Shown: positions 37,771 through 52,209 of the stretch, piece by piece
Layout of the letters: each line of letters begins with the position of its first letter
Position numbering within the stretch: the stretch's first letter is position 1
Source of the DNA: Octopus vulgaris
Lineage: Eukaryota
NCBI GenBank assembly: GCA_951406725.2
Contig: OX597815.1
Location: 28,024,001-28,088,000, forward strand
DNA: 64,000 bases
Reading direction: 5' to 3'
Position numbers and translations under genes: made by a program
The notes under the pieces: model-generated
What the model saw: only the letters and a program-made list of their open reading frames with translations
Databases searched by the model: none
Told to the model about the DNA's origin: nothing

Positions 37771-38189
37771 GATAGTACTGTAAAGAGATACTATCTCCTT
37801 TAAGTATCATATAAAGATTGCTATTTTGAACTAGTACTGCTGTCATCACATACTGCAGATCAATAATCTTTCTATCATTGTTTTTATTATATCAACAAAG
37901 GCAGATTTTGACGTAGCATGTGATTGCCAGTAGATACTTGCAACTGATGAGGCCAAAGAAGCAGAAAAGCAAAGGTAGCAATACCACCAGATTGCTGGAC
38001 TATTTTTGTCTGTTACTGATATATTTTGTGATTTTTAACACTGTACATCAATTGGAAATACTATCACAGGGTGAATATCACAGTTAATTAGGCTTTCCAT
38101 GATGTATCTGCTTTAAATATGATACACAGATTACTCTGTGTTTGCGCGCGCGTGTGTGTGAGTGAGTGTAAATATATGTGTGTGGATGT

Positions 38190-38420
38190 ATCATCATCAT
38201 CATCATTTAGTGCCTGCTTTTCATGCTAGTATAAGTTAGATGATTTGACTTGAATTGGTAAGCCTGATTTGGCTTGGTTTCTACGGCTGGATACCATTCC
38301 CAATGTCAACCACTCTGTGGAGGGTACTGGATGCCTTTTACGTGTCACTGGCATTGTCCACACAACAATTTCACTAGGCTTGATGTGTCTTCTCAAGTAC
38401 AGCAATTTGCCAAAGGTCTA
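38190..38420 (-). mobile_element. Older RTE 3' UTR copy; similar degenerate copies at about 5190-5360, 40330-40560, 49740-49960 and 50760-50930
   Basis: (CAT)n is followed by ggtttctacggctggataccattcccaatgtcaaccact...cttttacgtgtcactggca. Confidence 0.75.
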
Positions 38421-38605
38421 TATATACATGTGTATGTATACATATAATTAGAGAGGGAGGGGGAGAGAGTGATGTAGTTAGGGGAGGGGAATATTAATAC
38501 GTTAGAGGGATTCAATAAGGTGAACAGAAAATAAACAAATCCAGTTATAAATATATGTACATACATACATATATGCACATACGCATACATGTATATATGG
38601 GGTGG

Positions 38606-38624
38606 GAGAGAGAGAGAGAGAGAA

Positions 38625-38678
<54 letters not shown>
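38606..38678. repeat. (AG)n microsatellite
   Basis: Direct inspection. Confidence 0.97.
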
Positions 38679-38679
<1 letters not shown>

Positions 38680-41600
38680 AACAGAATATCCTTGTTTCAT
38701 AGTCTTTGAAGAATAAGAAATCTTACAATATGCTTATGTTTGTACAATATACAAACATAAGCTAAAAAGTTTAGAGATAATACACATCACAGTGAGCTGA
38801 ACATTTCACACCATACAAACACATTCACACTCGCACATGGACACACATACACATATATATAAATATAAAAGGAAGAGAAGAAGAGAGAGAACTAGGTATA
38901 GATACAAATTTACTATACATGTATGTATGAAATGCACACACACACATATACCCAAGATTGTTAACATTGCTTTATCTTTTAATGGAACACCAAATATTAA
39001 ACAAAGAGTTTGGAGAAAAGTAAATGAAAAAATTTATTAAAGTTAAAAAAGCAACGAAGGGAGATAATGGGAGGCAGAGACTTTGTGTATAATATATATA
39101 TATATATATATATATATGATATTTTGTTAAGAAGTTTGAATAATAAATCAGCTATTCTTAAGCCATAGAAAAGAGAAGTCATGTTTATAAAAGCAAACAA
39201 CAGCAGTTTAAAGTCAGAAATAAAGCAAAATGTTATCATACGAAGGAAAACAAATTACAGGAGAAGAGGTTGAAGAGGAAGAGCGAGATAACAGATGAGG
39301 AAATGTAAAAGATAATCAACATTAGTTAATATTCCACTCTAGATAAACCAAGTCTTCATATGGTTAAGAGGTATCTAAGAAGAGGAAAAGAGGAAAATAA
39401 GAAGAGGGAGGAAAAAAACCAGACTTGTTGGTTATGTAGTATATTTGAAAATATAGCAAAAGAAATATTAAAAGAAAGGGGTTTCTATGATGTGATACAT
39501 TCTCTTAATCAAATTACAAGCAATTATTATTATTGTTATTATTATTATTATTTTTGTCATCATTATTAATATTATTAGTAGTAGTGGTAGTTGTAGTTTT
39601 CATGAATACTGACTTTTATCATTATCATTGGTTGTTGACAGCATCAACAGCAGTTGACAACTTTTCCTATGCCACTTTCACAGCATCCACCACTGCAAGG
39701 GTATTTAGTCTCTGCATTGGCCCCCATCAACACATAATCCCTCTGTCTGACAATGAGGTCTCAAAAACATTCTAAACATTAGCTATAAGCAACAGAGACC
39801 TATGGGACATAACCAAATAAGAACCCATTGACCTACAAATAGCAAGCTGTGTTAAGGAAACTAAAAAGCTAGCTTAAACTGGAGGTCAGACAGGTGATGG
39901 AAGACAAGATGTTTGTCCTGGATCACCTGATAGAGATTGGGAGAAGAGGAACTGAAAATGACCAAATTGATATGGAACCCATTGCAAAGAAATACATAAG
40001 ACAGAACACATATGAAAACTGTAAGAGTGGTCTTATGTTCCACAAGGAATCCAAACAGGTCATGATAAGGGTGACATATTTTATTTTAGCACCTTAAATC
40101 AAAGTAAAAGAAAATCCCTTCTGATCACAATTAGTTCTTCCATATGTGGCTTACATTTTGGATGGTTCTTAGATTATGTTAAAATTAAATGATTCAAATG
40201 CTTTTTATCCTTGGCTGCAGCAATATAAATTAGATTTTCTGAAAGGTAGACAATATTCTTCTTCATGATCACCATCCCATCCTTCTCCTCCTTCCTTTTT
40301 CTTTTACTGTCCATATTCCATATTTGCACAGGTTTGCCTGGACTCAACAGGTCTGAAGACTTCTCCAATATCTGCTTTAGCATGATTTCTCTGGCTAAAT
40401 ATCTTTCCTAATGCCACCACTTTATAGAGTATACTGAGTCCTGTTTTTTTGAGGAACCAGCACAAGTGAGGTTGGTATGAAGATTACAAGCCTAATATCC
40501 CTTTTGACTGTATGGGGCAACAGTAGAGATGAAGGCAACTTTATGCTAGGAGATGTATGAAAGAAAGGGCCAGAGAAGAAGGGGACAGGTTTCTTGCTGT
40601 AGAGGAGTTTAGTGGAAGAATTGGTTTTGAGTGAGGTAGTAATAAAAAGTCCAAAATCTAGTGGTATCAAGAGGAAATGGTCATTCTCAGAAAATAAGTA
40701 GACAAGCATTCAGTATTATTCAGTCACTGTGAGTTGTACAAGAAATCAAAATTTTAAATAGGCAACATGTACTGGTGTAGCTAAACACTATGAGAAGCAA
40801 AGGATTGTAGATTATAACAGGTTCAAGTGATTCTCAGAGGGTAATAGATAAGCTCTATAACTAGATAACATTCTAAGTGTTAAGAGGGGAACTATGTATG
40901 GCACAAAGTTTAGGATATGAAATGAACTGAAACTGGGTGAAGAAACTTTATCCCTGTAGTGATAAGTGGATCCTGTCTCTGGAAGGCACAGTTTATCAAT
41001 GAATATTTCAAAAAGTGTGATAATTAGAGACAGAAAATACTGAGAACCAGGAGAAAAATCAATAAGGTCAGGTGAATGTATGCAATGTAAACTTGAGAGA
41101 CAGGTTGTATATAAATGAATTGAGAAAGCAAATTGTGACCAAAATCAATGGCTGATGTTTACAGGAATAATTGATCAATCAATTCATTAAAAAGAATCTG
41201 ATCCAAATAGATGGTGAATAATGGATTCTAGGTGTAATCTTTTCTTGACATATTAGACACTTGGAGAAAATAGGTCAAAAATTAAAATGAAGTTGTGAAA
41301 CTGAATCAGTAGAACATCTTGGAGAAATAGATATTAAACCAATTATGATGAGGATGGCGATGATGTAATCATGATGTAGATGACAATGAGGTATATAATG
41401 AAATAATAATGATTAATTTCTTTTAAATCCACCATGGATAAATACTATGAAAGGTTTAAATGAATGGGTCTGGGAGGGGTTTTGCTTGGAGAATTATAAA
41501 ATATAAATATTACAAGAAGCTATTTCAATCTATAATTTTGAAGGGCAGTGTTTAATTCAGTGAAGAAAATGTTAGTATAATGAACTTAGTGCTCCAATGT

Positions 41601-42136
41601 GTGTGGATGTGTGTGTGTAAGAGAGAGAGGGAGAGAGAGGGAGAGAAAGAAAGAGAGAGAGAGAGAGAGAGCTTACTTTCTGTTTATGAATGGATATAGT
41701 GATTATGCTGACATATGGAGTCAAGTATGACTGACCTTTAAAAGTAGATTACAGATGAAGAGAGAGGCAATAGTTTGGTAATGTAATGTCAGATGAAAGA
41801 AATCTTCTTGTGTGTAAGGAACTGTTGAAGTAACAAACAGTTACACACACACACAAACACACAGATAGAGATGAAAAAGAGGTAGGAAATGATTGTTTTG
41901 AGTTAAACCAGGTGCTTTATGGTATCTAGTTTGATAAACCACTCTTCTGAGTTCAAATCCTACAATAATTGCTTTCCAGTAATCTGGTGTTTGTGTCAGG
42001 GTATCATGAAAGAAAAATAACAGAAATACAAAAAAAATAAAGCAGTAAAATAGTAGACAATACCTGATTTAACCCTGTAGTTGATTGAAAAACTAAAATA
42101 AAAATACACAGCAAAACAATGCACACATGAACCTAT

Positions 42137-42158
42137 ATGCAAATACATACACACACAG

Positions 42159-42191
<33 letters not shown>

Positions 42192-42283
42192 CATATAAAT
42201 ATATATATATATACACATATATGTATATATATGTATATACATATATGTACATATATGTATATACATATATGTACATATATATG

Positions 42284-42336
<53 letters not shown>

Positions 42337-42617
42337 ATACATATATATACATATATATATACATATATATACATATATATACATATATATACATATATAT
42401 ACATATATGTACATCCTTTTCTCTATATATATATATATATATATATATGTATACACACACAAACATATATATATGTATGTATACACATATATACATATAT
42501 ATGTATACACATATATGCACATTTATATGCATACACATTTTTACATATACATATGTATGCACATATATGCACATATATGCACATATATATGCATATATAT
42601 ATGTATGCACATATATA

Positions 42618-42659
<42 letters not shown>

Positions 42660-43043
42660 CATATATGTATATATCTCTATCTCTATATATATGTATATAT
42701 ATATATATACATATATATGTATACACACACACACACATATATATATACACACATATATATACATATATATTTATATATATATATGTATATATGTGTGTAC
42801 ATATATATGTATATATATACATATATATATATAAATGTATGTATGCATATAGTGAGAATTTACAAAAAAAGATGTGTAAACAACAAACAGATGTACTGGT
42901 TCAACGCTTGGGAAGTGAGAAAGTCGTTTATGTTTCGAGCCTATGCTCTTTGACAAAAAGGAACAAAAAGTAAACAGAGAGAAAATAAAAAAAGGTTTAG
43001 TGGTTAGTGATCTATCATGTATATATATATATATATGTATATA

Positions 43044-43104
<61 letters not shown>

Positions 43105-43126
43105 CTTTATATATGTATATATATAC
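42137..43126. repeat. About 1 kb of compound (TA)/(CA)/(TG) microsatellite with a short unique insert at 42850-43020
   Basis: Direct inspection; this is the source of the YI-rich ORFs. Confidence 0.97.
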
Positions 43127-44099
43127 AAAAGTCAACTCACAAAAATGTTTAAGCAGATGGAGAATGAGAGAATGAGGAAGAGAGAATGTGGTGAGAGGAG
43201 TGAAGAGAGATAAGATAAAGCCAGAAAGCACCAAGCAAAGATTTTTTCCAGAAGTCAATTGAAAGCTGAAAATGTGCAAAAGATTAGGAATACATTAGAC
43301 GTTACTTAAGCATTGAGGTTTTCTATAAAATAACTTAAAAAGAAAGAAAGGAATCACCAAGCAATATAACCAAATCCCCAGATGAACACTGATGGAAATG
43401 TGAAAGTTGTCTTGCCAAGAAACAATGAGAAACAACAGAATAAGCAAGTATCTAGAATATATTAAGAGATGGAAGAATATAGTTGGAGTGGCAAGAGAAA
43501 AGAATGGAGAAAGTCTTTGAGAAAGATAATGCTGTGATATCAAATTTGTTTATGTGATTACATGAATATGTGCTAAAAAAACATTTACACAAAATGTATG
43601 TATATTTGCTTGACGACTTATTTGCATACGTATGATAGAGTCTCATGATGTGTAATATAAAGAGTTGAAAAACTTCAATTAATTAAGATTATCCTTGTAA
43701 TGAGAGACACTATCTGTCTCTGGAGATGTTTAAGATCTAAACAGCAATAATTAAGGGAGATAAGTCCAACAAGATCAGGCGATCAACATTTTTGGACAAT
43801 ACACAATACAAACTAGAATTTAAAAAGAAAAACCTTGACTTATAGAGGGATAACCGTTTCTCTCCTATCTATATACATACATGAAATTTGATACAGTGTG
43901 TGGTTATGTTTGTGTATGTATATATATTAATATATTTGTGTGTGTGTGTGTGTGTATACATATATATGTACACACACATGTATATATTATATATATACAT
44001 GTATAAAATTCCAAAAATCAGACAAGTTTGCATTGCTTGGAAAGGGTTAATTTTGATACTTAAAAAAAAACTCATCTTTACTTAATTCTTTTGCCATTG

Positions 44100-44500
44100 T
44101 CCTGATCTGTATTGAGAAAATCAGTTAAATTATCAAAGAAAAATTCTCAAATTCTTGGACCTTTGCTTCTCTGGGCACTGACACACTAAAGCTTCAATGT
44201 TTAGTAAGTGACTTGGCAAAAAACCCCATAACATTATCCACTATCTTTCCAACAACAACCTTGGTCACCTTTTATGATCCAGCATCTTTATTACTTGGGA
44301 ACATGTTTGATACATCAAAAAATTAACACAGCACCCATGACTTTTGGAAACATTTTTTGTTATGTTCAAAATAGAATAAGCTATTTACATTAGTTGTTAG
44401 CTGTCAAGATACTACATTCTTCAAAAATTCCATGCTACCATTTACAATTCTGTGTTTAGGTGTTTTATTCTGTGGGCTCTGCATCTGCTTTAAGCTATTA
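44100..44500 (-). mobile_element. Possible decayed Penelope-like RT fragment
   Basis: The minus strand gives FDVSNMFPS, which resembles the PLE RT motif SFDVxNMFPSI. The rest is too degenerate to read. Confidence 0.3.
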
Positions 44501-44596
44501 TTGCTGATTTCTTTACTTATTGCTGTTTTCTGTCTCCTCTTTTATGACAAGTTGTAGTGCACCTGAACACTATATACAATAAGCTTATCAAGTATA

Positions 44597-44598
<2 letters not shown>

Positions 44599-44629
<31 letters not shown>

Positions 44630-44711
44630 TGTATGTATGTATGTATGTATGTATGTATGTATGTATGTATGTATGTATGTATGTATGCATGCATGCATGC
44701 ATGCATGCATG

Positions 44712-44764
<53 letters not shown>

Positions 44765-44772
44765 ATAATAAT
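44599..44772. repeat. (ATGT)n(ATGC)n(TA)n microsatellite
   Basis: Direct inspection. Confidence 0.97.
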
Positions 44773-44860
44773 TAATGAGGGAATATTATTCCTAACTGAC
44801 GGGGAAAAATTCAATTTAGAAATACTAAATCAAATTTCACAAAATATAATATGTATATAT

Positions 44861-45142
44861 AAATTAGAAAAAAACACCTTTTATCAATTCAAAATAAACA
44901 ATTAAATTACACCAACTAGAAAATTACATATAATAGAAATATTAAAATTAAAATAACAATAATATACCGATGATTAAGTAAATTGCAAAATAATAATAAA
45001 AACATTTTTATTATTATTTTGCAATTTCCTAAATCATCAGTATATTATTATTTCAATTTTAATATTTCTATTATATGTAATTTTCTAGTTGGTGTAATTT
45101 AATTGTTCATTTTGAATTGATAAAAGGTGTTTTTTTTTCTAA
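44861..45142. mobile_element. AT-rich palindrome of about 280 bp centred near 45003, between (TA)n tracts
   Basis: ttagaaaaaaacaccttttatcaattcaaaat...gcaaaataataataaaa pairs with ttttattattattttgc...attttgaattgataaaaggtgttttttttctaa. Confidence 0.9.
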
Positions 45143-45145
45143 GTT

Positions 45146-45200
<55 letters not shown>

Positions 45201-45259
45201 CAAATTGATGAAACAGATTATGAAATTTGAAGAATTATAACCTGATTGATAGCTAAATG

Positions 45260-45336
45260 AATTTAGTTTGGCTTTGTGCTGCGAAAAGGTACCAAGAATA
45301 CCATCTTCCTAGTGAGACAACTGCAGAAGAAGTAGT
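45260..45336 (+). mobile_element. RTE reverse transcriptase fragment
   Basis: FGFVLRKGTKNTIFLVRQLQKK resembles the RTE motif QFGFxPGxGTxDAIFxxRQLxEK. Confidence 0.6.
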
Positions 45337-45749
45337 ACTCAAATCTTCGTATTACATATGTGAAACTCTGCCATCCATCAATACTTAATGTGGCCACTGT
45401 AAACTTCAGTGAAAGCTTGACAAATGTTTGTGAGAATAAATGGATGATATGAAACCAGTGACAAAAGATTCATATCCTGATTCCCATAGATACATATTTT
45501 TGCTGACTAGGAATACTTCCATAACAAACTGTATTCAGTACTCTGTTGGAGTGACAAATGTTAGCAATATTATTTCATTTAATTTTTGCCAGTTTTAGTA
45601 ATTCAACTGGAGCCTTGCTGAGGTACGACTTTTGAAGTATATATATATATATATATATGCATAGACACAAAATATGCATACATACATATTATATATACAT
45701 ATATAAAATTCATGAATATATAGTGTATAAATAAAAGTATATGCATGTG

Positions 45750-45790
<41 letters not shown>

Positions 45791-46918
45791 CACATGTGTA
45801 GGTCTCTGTAAATGTCCTCGAAATATACATATACAGTGAAGTTGAGCAAGTGAAGGTCAGAAAAGCAGAAGTGAGGCAAAGAGAGTGAAATTACACACAG
45901 TGGGAGAGAGAAAGAGACATAGAAGAGAGAGAGAGAAGGATTGAGATGTGTAGTGGCAGTGATAAATCTATTTGAATACCTATTTGGTTGTCTGTGTGTG
46001 TCAATTCAGACCTTCTTTGTAATGCTGAAGGGAAAAAGTAACAAGGAAGTTTAGTTGAGAACATAACATACCTTCAAAGCAGAGGCATAAAAAAATTACA
46101 CATGATAAAAACAGGAGGTAGATAATACATGGTTTTCTTCATATTGAATATAATTCCTCTCTGAAGCACATGGTTTTTATTTTATCTGGATTTTATTAAT
46201 ATTTATCACATGTTAAACCAAAGATTAATTTTCTCCAATTTTTAATAATTTCTGTCTAAAATTTTAATATTTTCATATTTGTTACTAATACCATTATTTT
46301 GTTAAAACCTTAGTCTTTGAAGTTCCTTGCATGCTGAACAAGGCTTCTTTTACAAATTTATTGATGTTTGTGGCTTCTACTATTAAATGATGAGACCCAC
46401 ATTCAATTTTATTTGAATCACTCAAGCTCAAATATCATAACAAAAAGGTCACAGTAAATAATATAGTCCTAGACATGTTATACCCAACCTTTCAAAATGG
46501 AACAAATTTAACCAGAAGTGTATCTGATCAGGGCCAAGCAGGGCCTAAAGAGGAACAAATCTAGAAGCAGACACAATAGTTATTTGGAAGAGAATTCTTG
46601 AATTCTAAAATGAAAAATTTCATGAGACACTAGATTCAAACTTAGTACATTAATGGAATTTCTTTGAGTATAACCATTGTTTAAATATGGATTATGCATT
46701 TAGTGGTAGATTACAACTGAAATAAAATTTTTTAAATAATTGTTGAGTTGACTTTGGATAAGTTCATCTGGGTGGGGCCTGGAAATCTTTTTATATATAC
46801 ACATGCTGATATATGACCTACGTTGGACTCTTCATTCGCATAATCACCGAACCTGGAGCTTAACTATAAGTCTTACCTGACACCTTTGGGTCTTATTGAC
46901 ACCATTACCTCACATAAC

Positions 46919-46951
<33 letters not shown>

Positions 46952-46972
46952 AACATTTACACACACACACAC

Positions 46973-47003
<31 letters not shown>

Positions 47004-47034
47004 CATTTACATATGTATATATATATATATATAT

Positions 47035-47735
47035 TGGCCTGCAGAATGTGTTCCTGGATTCTCAGAACCTTCCAGTCAAGAGATTCCCACACCACCACTA
47101 TCTTTCTCTTCTCCACTTTTGCCCGACCCCACCTTGAATACTGCTGTCTACTGTGGTTTCCCTACACGAAACAAAATATGAAAATTGAAGCTCCCTAAAG
47201 GTCAATCATGAAAAAGATAGATGGCATGTCAGACCTTGACTACTGGGGTCGACTAGAAAAGCTGAAACTGTATTCACTCCAATGACGCTGTGAACGCTAC
47301 ATTATCTGTATGATGTGGAAAATATTCCATCAGCACTGTCCAAATGATGTTGGCATCACCTTCAAAATACACCCAAGACTTGGACCCCATGCCATCCATC
47401 CACAACAAAAATCTAAATCGCATCTCATAACAACAATACAGCACAATTATTTCACCTCAATTGGCCCCGCTCTCTTCAGCATTACACCAGGACATATCAA
47501 AACAGAAACTGACCACACAAAATTCAAGAAGTCTTTGGACAAATTCCTTCAAGCAGCCCTGGACAAACCACTCACACCTGGATATGTCTCTGCAAACAAT
47601 AACTCTCTGCTCGAATGGGCCTCGGTGCCCAAATCCTGAATTGAAAGACATCGCCATGTGGTGCTATTATGTTAGACATGGCCTGGGTCAATACTGGCCA
47701 AAACCTTTCTAGTTAAATGATGATGATGATGATGA
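47035..47735 (+). mobile_element. CR1-group LINE 3' end
   Basis: WILRTFQSRD...ARPHLEYCCLLWFP...LDYWGRLEKLKLYSLQ*RCERY...FKKSLDKFL, followed by a (GAT)n tail. Confidence 0.9.
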
Positions 47736-47849
47736 TATATATATATATACACATTTACATATGTGTGTATATATATATATATATATACACACACACATAT
47801 ATACATACATATGCATATATATATATATAGACACATATATACATACATA

Positions 47850-47899
<50 letters not shown>

Positions 47900-50800
47900 C
47901 ACAGAGACAAACACATGCTAATATATTGTTATTACTACATTGATAGAAAGTGACAAATTACTGCTAATCACTTATGTAATCCTAAATTCCAAACTGTAAG
48001 CTTCCAAGTCATATATGATGCATGTTGGCCATATGCTTATGCATGTGTATGGTCAACAAGCTTGTTATTAGATTTAGAAACTTATAGCTTCGTTAAGAAT
48101 TTAGTATTTATTTGTCTTTCTATAGTAATTTTTAACTAGAATATGTTGTTATAAATGGTTAGAATTTTTTAAATTATAATAACATTGTTGCATATAAGGG
48201 TATTCTGTTTGCATTAAATCTCCAGAAAACTAAAACACACACATTGATCATAGGGTTGCTTGATCAGGTTAATATGGCCCTAACCTACAACACATCTGAA
48301 TGTTGGCATATTGATTATTTTAAAGAGAATTCTTCTTAAAGTGAATATTCAGTATCAATCCACCAGCTAGATATGATTGTGTTGCCTTCAAAAATAACCC
48401 ATAATTCTCTATTACACACATAATTTCTTTTTAGTCAGGACAAAGTTTATTATGTACTGAATTCTATCATGACATTTTTACAATTAAAGCCCCCCCCCAC
48501 ATAAGTATATGATTCAATCAAAATTATCTACAGAGTAGCATGAAGTGACATGATGTTTCCAGTTGCTAAAAAGGTGTAGAAACTGTTTTGGTAGTTTTAA
48601 TTTCTTAGCGCATAAATATCTTTTGTGTATGATAAATAACATTGTCATAAGCTCTGTTATTTATTTCTGGAGTTAGATGAAGCAAAGCTTTCAGAATTTA
48701 AAAAAAAAATGCTAGTGGAAGACATTGAAATATCTGAGGTAGAAAATATAACAAACAAGTCAGTAGTCCAATACTTTAGTTACTTATGTTAATATATGTA
48801 TTGATAGGGAACACAGTATTTTTAAAAGTAAAATATCTACATAAGAAACTGAGTTTGTATTGTTAGCAAGAGAATATTTTGAACTAAAGTTATAGCAAGA
48901 CTGAAATTATTTCACACCTTTAATGCTATTAAGAAATCTAGTTAGCTATTCCTTCAAATTAATAGAATGGGAAGAGACGAATATGTAAAGAGAGCAATAT
49001 GAGTTGTATGTGATCTCAGTTTCAAATAAAAGTTTTAACTTAACTCCAAGCTTTATCTTACTATTCAACTACTATGCTGCAAATTTTGTCATATCTCTAC
49101 TAAATAGACAATTGCTCCTATAAATTACCACATTAGTCTAGTCAACCAATCAGAAAGGCAGCCACTTGTTTCTCTTGTTAAAAACTCTTCTTTGTAATTT
49201 TATATTCAATTAGTATAACTAGAAGCTATTCTGTTATTAGGCTTACCAATCTCTTGAATTTAAGCATATTGTTCACACATGTCTCCACTTACAATCTTGC
49301 AGTCATGCTAATAATACATAAAGCCATTTAATATTACTTAGATATGAAATATGAACAGCTGTATTGGGGTCAGTTTTTTTAAAAACATGTGTTACTAAAA
49401 CAACTTATCGCACATGTTAAATGATTTGTAGAATTGATGTTTGTTAATATAGCTAACAAACCTGTTATCATCCTACATAGTTTATGTTGACTAACATAAA
49501 CACTGTTGTAACTTATCTGAGATGGGTTAACAAAAAAAACAAACATACTGAATCAGTAATGTAAACACATTGCATACAATTGATGAACACTCCAGCTGCT
49601 GTTGTCTTCTACACACAAAAGTGATGAGGAACACTGATGCTATAAAGGAATGTCCAGGTTCTTTTGACTCAGACTATAGGATAGTTTTCACCCTGTCATC
49701 CATGCAGCCACTATGTCATACAGGTTACAGCTATTAGCATTCCAACTACATACATCAGCAACATTTAACATCTGGCTTTCATGCGAGTATGGTTTGGAGA
49801 GTTTGAATGGATCTGATGAACTGGAGGACTGTGTCATGTACCGATGTTTATGCTGGCATAATTTCTATGGGTGGATGCCTTTCCTGATGATAACCACTTT
49901 TTAGACTGTGATGGGTGTCTTTTTTTTCTTATGAAATTTGCCTACTGAAGATTGTCATGTAACTTACAAGGCTAAGGACAGAAAATGGCCCATACAATTA
50001 AGAGTTAGCAATGATTCTAAGTGGAGGAATGAGAGATTATAAGATGAAAAGATGGGGAGGAGTTGACAAGGAACAGGGGAAAAAAAGGGAGTAGGAACAG
50101 GGGTTGAAAAAAAAGGGGAGGTTAGAGTTGAAAGGTGAATGAGTGGGATGTGTGTGGGGATTTAGGGTTATCCAACATCATAAAAAAATGAGTATGGACA
50201 GAAAGTTGGAGAAAAAGGAGAAATAGATTAAGGTAGACAGGAACCTTGAGAAAGTAATCAAAGGAGAGATGTAGCAGTTGTGAGGGTAGACCAGAGGAAG
50301 AATGATTGGAAGAGATGTTGGAGGAGGTGAAGCTGTGGGGAGAGGGCAGTGGAAGGAAAATGAAGCAGAGGGTAAAGGACAGTGGGTAAATGCAGTGAAG
50401 GAAAGATGTTACTTTTACTATCACACTCTTGCTCCTCTCTTCCACCTATACTGGTTCTTCTATCATTGTTGTTTTCTTCTATTCAGCTCATTAGTTACAT
50501 AGTCCTGAGTGAACACATGCATTATAGTGGTGAGGACTCTCTTACATGGTAACTGGCAACCCAAAATTCCAGCTAGGATACTCTGTAAAGTGGCAATGAG
50601 AGGGAGCAGAGACATGGGAACCAAGAGCACCATTGAGTGTTCTCAAAGACAGCAATTCTGTCAAATACTGGTGCCACAATAAAAGGCACTTAATACATTC
50701 TATTAAGCAGGTCAAGACATTTAGTCTTGTCAAAACCATGAAACATTTCTTAGAGTTGGTGCCATCATATAATACACCCAGTCGATTCTGTAAAATGGTT

Positions 50801-51887
50801 GGTGCTAAAAAACGCATCCAACCATGGAAACAGCTCAAAACCGGAACTTGGAATGAGATATGGTTCCCTAGCTTGCCTAGGAGATAAGATCTGTGCAACC
50901 CATGCATCCCAGAAACTGGCCACAAAACTATGATTATATATATATATGTAAAGATAAGTTGAGACAATCCTTAAAATCCCTACAGCTTTATTCAACATCT
51001 TGGGTAAGTTATTGCTTAGATTGATCTGAGTTGTATAAAATGTGTCATGATGCAGTTAAACAATTTGAGTTAAGAAATAAAGAAATAAAATAATTATATC
51101 CTGTGATCAACAAACACAATCCCAGGCAGAATCCAAACCATAATTATCCCCATTGTGACTTCCTAACAAAATCCATACCTGGACTCAAATTACATTCACT
51201 CATCCATCACAAATAGATGTAGATTCTTTTATTTTTTTAAACCCTTTCCTTCAAATATTCATATGCTGACAATTACATGTGTATGAATTTGTATTCAGAA
51301 CAAGAAAGTGTATTTCCTACAGTGACTCTGTAACCTCAACTAATAATTATCCTCACACCTAAAGACAAATTTGTAAAATCTGAAAACCTTTAGGATCACC
51401 ACTACTCACTCTGTTTTCATATGCACAAGAGTAAATAATGTTTGCGCTCACTCTAGTTTATAAAATGAGTCAAAGTTTTCAGACCATGACATACCAGTAA
51501 TAGTGTAGCAGCTAAAACAGTAGCGTTGACAACTATTAGAGCATTCATTAAGGATGCATTGTTGAAAATAAATTCCTTTTCAGCCATATTGTTTTTCCTG
51601 AATGTGTAGACAAGTCGTCCTATGCCAAATTGAGCATAATATATTTTACTTGACTGAGAAGCTGGTATCTCCTGCTATTAACACTTAAGTGTGTTTAGTA
51701 ACATTTCCATAGTCACTGATGTGAAAAGCTGTATTAATTAGTTGGCAAGTTAAATAGGATTTTCCAACAAAATTACACTTAAATAAACACTATTATACAA
51801 CTTATTTATTTGTTTGAGGAATTTCTAATATATGTCAGTAGAGAAACTAATCATCATCACTGGATTGCAATGCAGTTTTTTTTTATA

Positions 51888-52209
51888 GTGCCGGTGGCAC
51901 GTAAAAAGCACCATCCGTACGTGGCCGATGCCAGTGCCGCCTTGACTGGCTCCTGTGCCGGTGGCACGTAAAAAGCACCAACCGATCGTGGCCGTTGCCA
52001 GCCTCCCCTGGCACCTGTGCCGGTGGCATGTAAAAAGCACCCACTACACTCACGGAGTGGTTGGTGTTAGGAAGGGCATCCAGCTGTAGAAACACTGCCA
52101 GATCAGACTGGAGCCTGGTGCAGCCTCCTGGCTTCCCAGACCCCGGTCGAACCGTCCAACCCATGCTAGCATGGAAAACGAACGTTAAACGATGATGATG
52201 ATGATGATG
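51888..52209 (+). mobile_element. Young RTE 3' UTR copy with (GAT)n tail
   Basis: Near-identical to the reverse complement of 1481-1814, with three internal repeats of about 50 bp. Confidence 0.9.

Noticed and set aside
37944-37970. ctgatgaggccaaagaagcagaaa hammerhead-like core
   Set aside because: Stem II does not pair, and no stem III or cleavage triplet is evident.
39840-40060. 67-aa ORF MMEDKMFVLDHL...
   Set aside because: More likely a decayed RTE 3' end than a gene; there is no splice support.
41996-43213. Long ORFs (up to 278 aa) rich in Y/I/H/T/V/C, also at 16.5k, 27.4k, 33.9k, 44.5k, 47.7k and 60.3-61k
   Set aside because: They are stop-free translations of microsatellites, not genes.
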